Of a DNA stretch of 42,949 nucleotides, positions 37,042 through 42,949 are shown in pieces. This DNA is from an uncultured bacterium. GTDB taxonomy: Bacteria > Bacteroidota > Bacteroidia > NS11-12g > UBA9320. How positions within the stretch are numbered: position 1 is the first letter of the stretch; the number at the start of each line of letters is the position of its first letter. The notes below the pieces were generated by a model. It ran no database searches, was not told the origin of the DNA, and saw only the letters and a program-made list of their open reading frames with translations. The position numbers and the translations under genes were made by a program. The DNA is taken from NCBI GenBank assembly GCA_963933305.1, contig CAWVTM010000003.1, positions 1-42,949 on the forward strand. Reading direction: 5' to 3'.

Positions 37042-40000
37042 TAATCGGTACTACTAGTTTTACTTCGGTTCCCTTACTTCCATCTTCATAACTAAGGTCG
37101 TTGACTTTCACGTCAAAATTACCTTGACCTTCACTTAATATTTTTAACCGCTGCTGCGTAAGATTCATACCAGCGGACGTATGTTTACTGCTGCGTTTTG
37201 CATTCATCTCGCTTGCAGCTTCACGGCCGATACCGTTATCTGTTATAGTACAAAGGAGATATTGTTTTTCACAAGAGATTAAGATGTCGAGTTTTCTGTT
37301 TTCTTTCTTGGGTAATAGACCGTGTATGATACTATTCTCTACGAATGGCTGTATGAGCATAGTAGGCATATTGGTGTTTTCTAAATCTGCTATGTTTCTG
37401 GTTTTTATGGTATAGTCTAGGTTATTGTCCATTCTCAGTTTTTCCATTTCAAGATAGAGGTCCAGTCCTTCTACTTCGTCTGCTACACTGATGTACTTTA
37501 GTCGACTGTTTTGAAGTATTTTTCGCATTAGACTAGCAAATTTGCTGAGATAGGTATATGCCTCACGAGGCTCTTTTTTGAGTATGAAATATTGGATGCT
37601 ATTCAATGAATTGAATATAAAGTGAGGATTCATCTGACTGCGAAGTGCGGTAAGTTCTGAATCGACTAGTTGGAGTTTGTATGATCGTTCTATGGCACGC
37701 GTACGATATTTGAACAGGGCGTATATTAAAGTAGCGATGGTTAGGATGCTCACCAAAACAAACCACCATTTCTGCCAAAGCGGAGGATTAACGATTATCT
37801 TAATATCATCTGATGAGGTACCCCAGTTGCCAAATTCATCTTCAGCAAGTACTTCAAAAATATATGAGCCGGGACTGAGTCTAGGATATACAGCGGTATT
37901 GGTCCCAGTAGCAGATACCCAGTCATTGTCATATCCACGAAGTCTATAGCTATAATTAATGCCTTCGGGGTTTATATAATAAAGGGAAGTGAAATCTATT
38001 TCTAGTCTGCTATTTAGGAAACTGAGAGAATAGGAGTTTTTACTGAAATCAGTGAATTCACCCCTAACGCCGGTAATGAAAATAGGAGAGCCAGTGGTAT
38101 CAAAGTTTATCTGGTTAGGTTTAAAAAAATTAAGTCCATTTACTCCGCCGAAATAATAGGTGCCATCACTTGACTTACAAAAAGCTCCTTCATTATACTC
38201 TGTACTCTGCAGGTAGTGTACAGGTTTAAAATTGACAAATGATTTAGTGTAAATATCGTATTGGACTATTCCGTTGTTCGTTGAAAGCCAGCATTTTCCG
38301 TTTCCCTGGTAGAGTACACCGTACACTACGTTATTTACCAATCCTTCAGTTTCTGTTATCGCTGAAAATTGCTTATTATTGAGATCAAAAAGATTTAAAC
38401 CACCTCCATAAGTACCTATCAAAAGGGTGTCATCATTGACCCATTCGAGAGACATTAGGTTATTACTATTAATGGTTAATGAATCATTTTCGTCACTTTT
38501 GTACGTCTCAAAAGTTTCCGTGGTTTTGTCAAAGATTTGGAGTCCTCCTCTAAAACTAGCTAGAATAAGTTTATTCTCCGTAGGATGTTCGGTGATTTGA
38601 TAGATGGAGTTATTGGCGTGTGACTTATCTGATATGTATTTTGTAAATGTTTGGTTATCTGGTGATTTAAGATAGAGTCCTAGGGGAGTTCCTATCCATA
38701 AGTTGTGGTCTCTGTCTTCATAGAAGTGTCTTGTGGTCCCAAAGTCTACATTGCCTTTTTCGCGGTTTGCTACTGCTTTGAATTTTTCTGTTTTTCTATC
38801 AAAAAGGAAAATACCGTCCATGCTAGTACCTATCCAGAAATTGCCTTTAGAGTCTTCAAAGATGCTTCTTACAGAATTACTTTCAAATGGACCATCTACT
38901 ATTCTAGGATATACTTTGGCTATAGTATTATCCTCATTGAGTTTAACTAGTCCTGAAGCTAGAGTTCCTAGCCATATAGTGCCTTTTTGGTCTTCATAGG
39001 TGCAGTACACATTGTTACTGTACGTTTGGTCTCCTATTTCAAAATATTGCAGTAATCCGAATTTATTGAGCTGTGGAGCGTATGTACTGACTCCCGCTAT
39101 AGTGCCTATCCATAGTAAGTTGTCTTTATCTACAAATAGATCAGATATATCATCGTTTACTAAGGAGTAAGGCCTCTGTACATTAGACCGGTAAAGACTA
39201 AATAATCCATGTTCTAATTTTAGAAGGCCACCACTAGTGCCTATCCAAGCTACGCCACGTTGTACAGCGATAGTATTTATTTTATTAATGTATCGTTTAC
39301 GCGGAGGGACGTTTAATTTGGTCAACTTTTGGAAGGTTAAATCCGTTTGATACAGTCCGTTTTCAGTGCCTATTAAATAGTGGTTTTTATAGCGTGTTAC
39401 GTCGGTGATGAGAATATTTTGATCATTAAATAAAACTGATGTAGTATTAAGATCTGTGCGGATTATTTTGTGAGCAGTGGCTAGTAAAAGTGAATTGTTT
39501 TCGATTTTTAACTGTCTTATACTTTCATTATCAATGTCTTTGATTTGGACTCTTCTGGCTTTATGTAGTACGGGGTCATACTGCCACAGTCCACCGCCAT
39601 CAGTATTTATGATTATCCTATCTTGGTGTACCAGCAGATGGGAGATAGAGTAATCAAAGGTGCTATCATAGTTTCGAAGATCTAAATATCTTGTAGAGTA
39701 GTCTAGCTCACTGATTATATCTACAGTACCTAAATTTGTTCCTACATAGAGGTTGTGATCATATGAGAGTATATCATGAATATAACTATCAGATAAAGAG
39801 TTGCTTACACTCTCAGAATGTTTGAGAATTTTAAAGTGTTTCCCATCGTATCTATGAAGTCCCTCCGCAGTAGCTATCCATATGTATCCATTATGGTCTT
39901 GTTCGAAATCAGTGATAGTGCTCATCGAGAGACCATCGTTTACAGTAATATTTTGAAAACGGATAAGCCCTTGAGCACTAGCAGAGAGGGCTGAAAGTAC

Positions 40001-40045
40001 ACATAGTACGGTGACTACAGAATATTTTAATAAGTTATTATGCAC
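37025..40045 (-). CDS. LytS/YehU-type sensor histidine kinase with periplasmic beta-propellers and Y_Y_Y domain
   Basis: Signal peptide; repeated ED..G..WIGT..GL blades; Y.YRL.G.D..W Y_Y_Y domain; TM after PPLWQKWWF; ALRSQMNPHFIFNSLNSI; IQPFVENSI.HG; DNGIG. Confidence 0.93.
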   Translation of the reverse strand: MHNNLLKYSVVTVLCVLSALSASAQGLIRFQNITVNDGLSMSTITDFEQDHNGYIWIATAEGLHRYDGKHFKILKHSESVSNSLSDSYIHDILSYDHNLYVGTNLGTVDIISELDYSTRYLDLRNYDSTFDYSISHLLVHQDRIIINTDGGGLWQYDPVLHKARRVQIKDIDNESIRQLKIENNSLLLATAHKIIRTDLNTTSVLFNDQNILITDVTRYKNHYLIGTENGLYQTDLTFQKLTKLNVPPRKRYINKINTIAVQRGVAWIGTSGGLLKLEHGLFSLYRSNVQRPYSLVNDDISDLFVDKDNLLWIGTIAGVSTYAPQLNKFGLLQYFEIGDQTYSNNVYCTYEDQKGTIWLGTLASGLVKLNEDNTIAKVYPRIVDGPFESNSVRSIFEDSKGNFWIGTSMDGIFLFDRKTEKFKAVANREKGNVDFGTTRHFYEDRDHNLWIGTPLGLYLKSPDNQTFTKYISDKSHANNSIYQITEHPTENKLILASFRGGLQIFDKTTETFETYKSDENDSLTINSNNLMSLEWVNDDTLLIGTYGGGLNLFDLNNKQFSAITETEGLVNNVVYGVLYQGNGKCWLSTNNGIVQYDIYTKSFVNFKPVHYLQSTEYNEGAFCKSSDGTYYFGGVNGLNFFKPNQINFDTTGSPIFITGVRGEFTDFSKNSYSLSFLNSRLEIDFTSLYYINPEGINYSYRLRGYDNDWVSATGTNTAVYPRLSPGSYIFEVLAEDEFGNWGTSSDDIKIIVNPPLWQKWWFVLVSILTIATLIYALFKYRTRAIERSYKLQLVDSELTALRSQMNPHFIFNSLNSIQYFILKKEPREAYTYLSKFASLMRKILQNSRLKYISVADEVEGLDLYLEMEKLRMDNNLDYTIKTRNIADLENTNMPTMLIQPFVENSIIHGLLPKKENRKLDILISCEKQYLLCTITDNGIGREAASEMNAKRSSKHTSAGMNLTQQRLKILSEGQGNFDVKVNDLSYEDGSKGTEVKLVVPIITQTD

Positions 40046-40748
40046 TGGCTAATGCCGCCAAAAACATGTCCTTTCTCCGTTTAGAGACTCCTACGTTATC
40101 TCCGTTAGACATTACTGCATGGCTGCCTTCTCCACGAATGTATGTTTTTATTTCGGCAAGATTTACTAGGAAAGATTTATGGCTTCTAAAGAAGTTGAAG
40201 TCTTTTAATCTGTTTTCGTATTCTTTCAGATTTTTAGAGGTAGTAATACGTTCTCCATTTTTTAGAAAAAAGTATGTATATGCTCCATCTCCCTTGCAGT
40301 ACACTATGTCTTCAGTTTTGAGAAACTGGAGACCTTTGTTAGTAGATAATGATATTTGCTTCTTAGCTTCGGGTAGGTTACTTGCAGCATTGGTGCGTAC
40401 ACGGACTCTTTCTACAGCATTTTGGAGGTGCTCTATGCACACAGGTTTTAGAAGGTAGTCTACTGCGTCAGACCGGAATGCTTTTACTGCATGCTCTTCG
40501 TGACCAGTTACGAATATTACGTTTTGGTCTTTGTTTTTCAGAGCTTCAAGGACTTGAAAACCATCTCCGTTGGCCAAGTGAATATCTAAGAAAACTAAAT
40601 CGGGAGTGTGCCTTTCTATGGCGTCTATTCCTGTAAGTACTCCATCAGCCATGCCTACTATTTCTACTTTCTCTACAAATGAGGTCAATAGCAATTCTAG
40701 GTTTTCTCTACTCTTTCTTTCGTCATCGATAATTACGGCTCTTAGCAT
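40038..40748 (-). CDS. LytR/AlgR family response regulator (REC + LytTR)
   Basis: IIDDE, FLDIHL, FVTG, DYLLKP; LytTR motifs I.YC..DG.YT, FFR.HKS.LVNL, VSKRRK. Confidence 0.94.
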   Translation of the reverse strand: MLRAVIIDDERKSRENLELLLTSFVEKVEIVGMADGVLTGIDAIERHTPDLVFLDIHLANGDGFQVLEALKNKDQNVIFVTGHEEHAVKAFRSDAVDYLLKPVCIEHLQNAVERVRVRTNAASNLPEAKKQISLSTNKGLQFLKTEDIVYCKGDGAYTYFFLKNGERITTSKNLKEYENRLKDFNFFRSHKSFLVNLAEIKTYIRGEGSHAVMSNGDNVGVSKRRKDMFLAALASA

Positions 40749-40780
40749 AGTTTTCTTTTTACTTTAGGTTAAACAAATGG

Positions 40781-41383
40781 TTATCTTTTGATAAACCTGC
40801 GAGCCTCTAGGTGGTCCGCATATATCAAATTTAGTATATAGGTGCCGCTTGGCAGTTCTGTTACGTCTATTCTGTTAGAGTAGCCCTCCTCTCGGTGGTT
40901 TTTACCCGTCACATCTATGACACGTATGCTCTGTGGCGTTACATCCGCTTTTATGGTGATGTAATCTGTGGTAGGATTAGGGTATATAGTAAACTCTACT
41001 CTATATTCCTTGCGAAACACTTGATTATAGAGTTCTTTTGGATTTTCTGAGATGGCTTCGTTTAATTGACCATACTCAAAACCAGTATTATCTCCATCTA
41101 CGTCTGCGGAGCCTTCGTTAGACTGGCCTATTCCGCCATCATCGTCACTTCCTCCACCTTGTCCGTCCCAGTCTTCAAATACGAGAGTATCATCCACGTG
41201 ATTAGCTGCGTTTACATCTAAATTAGTGTTTGCACTGTCACTAGGTCCTACAGTTAGCTTTTCTTTTTCCTTAAGTTTTTCTTTTTCGTCATCATCACCG
41301 CCTTTGGCAAAAGAGAAACCAGTGCACATCACCAAAGCAATGATACAGATGGTTACCCTAGTTATTTTTTGATGCTTGATCAT
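40781..41383 (-). CDS. Small T9SS type A substrate: signal peptide, acidic low-complexity segment, CTD
   Basis: Signal peptide ending FSFA; about 105 aa rich in Asp, Glu and Gly; CTD IYPNPTTDYITI...IDVTGK...IDV.ELPSGTYIL...FIKR. Confidence 0.87.
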   Translation of the reverse strand: MIKHQKITRVTICIIALVMCTGFSFAKGGDDDEKEKLKEKEKLTVGPSDSANTNLDVNAANHVDDTLVFEDWDGQGGGSDDDGGIGQSNEGSADVDGDNTGFEYGQLNEAISENPKELYNQVFRKEYRVEFTIYPNPTTDYITIKADVTPQSIRVIDVTGKNHREEGYSNRIDVTELPSGTYILNLIYADHLEARRFIKR

Positions 41384-41425
41384 AATGTAAATATAACCAC
41401 AAATGTTCTGGATTCTGTGTGTAGG

Positions 41426-41458
41426 ATTGAGAAACGGGTATTTTGAATTGAAAAGCGG
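41426..41458 (-). promoter_or_regulatory. Putative LytTR direct-repeat operator upstream of the peptide-RR-HK operon
   Basis: CCGCTTTTCAAT-N9-CCGTTTCTCAAT: 10/12 identical, 21-bp period, 30 bp upstream of a TATATTTA -7-like element (41388-41395). Confidence 0.6.
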
Positions 41459-41513
41459 CTGTAAAATACTTGAATTTCATAAGTTATGCCTCTGTTACAG
41501 TGTTTTTAGTAGT

Positions 41514-41537
41514 AAGGGAGCCTTGAGACTCCTTTTT
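41514..41537. terminator. Hairpin, possible terminator between the TonB-C gene and the LytTR operon promoter
   Basis: AAGGGAGCC-TTGA-GACTCCTTTTT, an imperfect stem. Confidence 0.35.
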
Positions 41538-41612
41538 CCTACTCTTGTTAAAAGCGAAGTGTATAAAAACTTTTTACCGAATAAGCCTGTAGTATTTTTA
41601 TAAAGGAATCAG

Positions 41613-42314
41613 CTACCAATTTATCTGAATCTTGATGGGTTGTCTCATGCGTACTTTTGCTTTTTCCCCTTGGTGTATTCCAGCTTTCCATTTTGGCATG
41701 TTGGCATACATGCTCTTTGCTTCTCGCTCTATACCAAAACCAGGTTTATTGCAACTAAGTATTTGTACATCAACGACATCTCCGTTTTCATCTATGACAA
41801 ATTCTACTACTACGGTGACATCGTCAGCAAAGTCATAGATACGACTAGGAATTTTAAAATTCCGGTCAATGAACGCATTAAGGGCCTTTTCGCCTCCTGG
41901 AAATTCTGGCATATTATCTGCATAAGTGATCGCTTGATTGGGCTGTTCTACTTTTGGAGGTACTATTATCTGTTTCATTAATCCGGGATTGGGAAATTTA
42001 GGGAGTGCTATTATCTCATCTTTAGTTTCAAAAAGATCATCTGCAATTTTGATAATCGCAGTAGCATCAAAGAAAGAAGCCTCTACTAGCTCTTGTTTGT
42101 GGAGTTCAGGCTCATTGATTACTTGTGGTTCAACAAACTCAGTATATTGATATGCCGGGTCGTAGAGTAGACTTTCTGGTGGATCAAAGATGCAAATAGG
42201 GTCCGCACGGTACTGAAGGTTTAGGCCCCAATTAACAAACAGAAGAGATAGGATTAATCCAACTTCGAGAAGGATAATACGGTCTGGGTTTTTACGGTTG
42301 GTTTTTGATTGCAT
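41613..42314 (-). CDS. Energy transducer TonB C-terminal domain protein
   Basis: N-terminal TM, Pro/Glu-rich linker, MPEFPGG..AL..FI..N, V.VEFVID..G.V, MPKWK.G...G. Confidence 0.88.
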   Translation of the reverse strand: MQSKTNRKNPDRIILLEVGLILSLLFVNWGLNLQYRADPICIFDPPESLLYDPAYQYTEFVEPQVINEPELHKQELVEASFFDATAIIKIADDLFETKDEIIALPKFPNPGLMKQIIVPPKVEQPNQAITYADNMPEFPGGEKALNAFIDRNFKIPSRIYDFADDVTVVVEFVIDENGDVVDVQILSCNKPGFGIEREAKSMYANMPKWKAGIHQGEKAKVRMRQPIKIQINW

Positions 42315-42468
42315 AACTATTACTTTTTTTAAGTGAATACAATGCAGTAACCCTAAGGTAAACGGATGTTATATGAAGACTAGACGAAAAGGGGGCTTGG
42401 GTTTAGGAACGGGGGAAGAAGTTTAAGATTAAGTCAAAGTGTAAGACTAATAAGTTGCTGATTCGGTC

Positions 42469-42536
42469 CAGGCAAATTTGTATCGGGAAGACTATCCTTG
42501 CTTGTCTTTGAATCTCTCTTTTACTATAGTCGGGAC
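42469..42536 (-). repeat. Diverged duplicate of the thioesterase 3' end and 3' flank (partner 42589-42656, offset 120 bp)
   Basis: 42492-42533 encodes PTIVKERFKDKQG*, the same peptide as the gene end at 42612-42653, with 10 nucleotide differences. Confidence 0.9.
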
Positions 42537-42611
42537 TTCGGTATCCTCCTGCGGCAGAGGGCTATTCCGCTATTGTGCGACGCTCAGTCAGACAAACGAG
42601 TAGCGAGAGGA

Positions 42612-42949
42612 TTACCCTTGTTTATCCTTAAAACGCTCTTTGACTATAGTAGGGATAGGAGTAGGTTTTCCTTCTTCATCTATACGCACAAAGGTAGTAT
42701 TGGTAGTCACTACCACATCTTCCTGCCCAGTATATACACTTACTTTTCGAGCTTCTATTTTGAAAGTAAGAGAGGTATTGCCCATTTTAGCAACTTCAGC
42801 GTATATACGGATTACAAAACCTTCTTTTACCTTCTTTTTGAAAACAAGCTCATCTACCTTTATGGTCACCATATTGGGCGTGTGGCAGATACTTACAGCC
42901 ATAGCACTTGCGGCTTCGTCTATCCAGGCCATCATTATACCACCAAAGA
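42612..42949 (-). CDS. Acyl-CoA thioesterase, hotdog fold (YciA-like), 5'-partial
   Basis: The frame stays open to the window edge (FGGIMMAWIDEAA); MVT..VD...F, GNTSL and FV.IDE.GKP.PIP motifs. Confidence 0.9.
   Translation of the reverse strand, partial: FGGIMMAWIDEAASAMAVSICHTPNMVTIKVDELVFKKKVKEGFVIRIYAEVAKMGNTSLTFKIEARKVSVYTGQEDVVVTTNTTFVRIDEEGKPTPIPTIVKERFKDKQG

Noticed and set aside
41403-41603. 66-aa plus-strand ORF upstream of the LytTR operon
   Set aside because: No protein features, and it overlaps the putative operator and hairpin, so it is probably spurious.
22-42150. Many 60-130 aa ORFs antisense to or nested in larger genes (e.g. 22-210, 1449-1772, 14537-14902, 35079-35447, 40066-40458)
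   Set aside because: Shadow ORFs of well-supported genes, with no recognisable motifs.
42492-42614. Stop-codon read-through joining the thioesterase to its in-phase duplicate tail
   Set aside because: The 120-bp offset is in phase, but TGA and TAG stops lie in the intervening frame.
42469-42656. Duplicate as a diversity-generating retroelement TR/VR pair
   Set aside because: Differences are not confined to adenines, are synonymous, and no reverse transcriptase is in the window.

Overview
Chromosomal window of a Bacteroidota bacterium, judged from gldA/F/G, three proteins with type IX secretion (T9SS) C-terminal domains and TAnnTTTG promoters. Most of it is core genome: partial polA, tyrS, gldAFG, hsp20, osmC, hemD, hemW, AsmA, two Omp85 proteins, tRNA-Val(TAC), dtd, hppD, nadK, trpG/pabA, a fused 2-oxoacid dehydrogenase E1, feoAB, a TonB-C protein and a partial thioesterase. 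Three regions stand out. (1) An operon encodes a small, acidic, apparently disordered T9SS-secreted protein, a LytTR response regulator and a beta-propeller LytS-type kinase. A 21-bp-spaced direct repeat resembling a LytTR box lies upstream of it, and a similar repeat pair lies upstream of a second T9SS gene, suggesting an autoregulated secreted-peptide signalling circuit. (2) Next to tRNA-Val, a family of REP-like palindromes brackets about 880 bp of cargo whose first and last genes break at the repeat ends. (3) The thioesterase 3' end is duplicated 120 bp away, and every change in the last 13 codons plus stop is synonymous. I also found a 44-aa lipoprotein missing from the ORF track. All functional calls come from motif recognition by eye; no searches were run.
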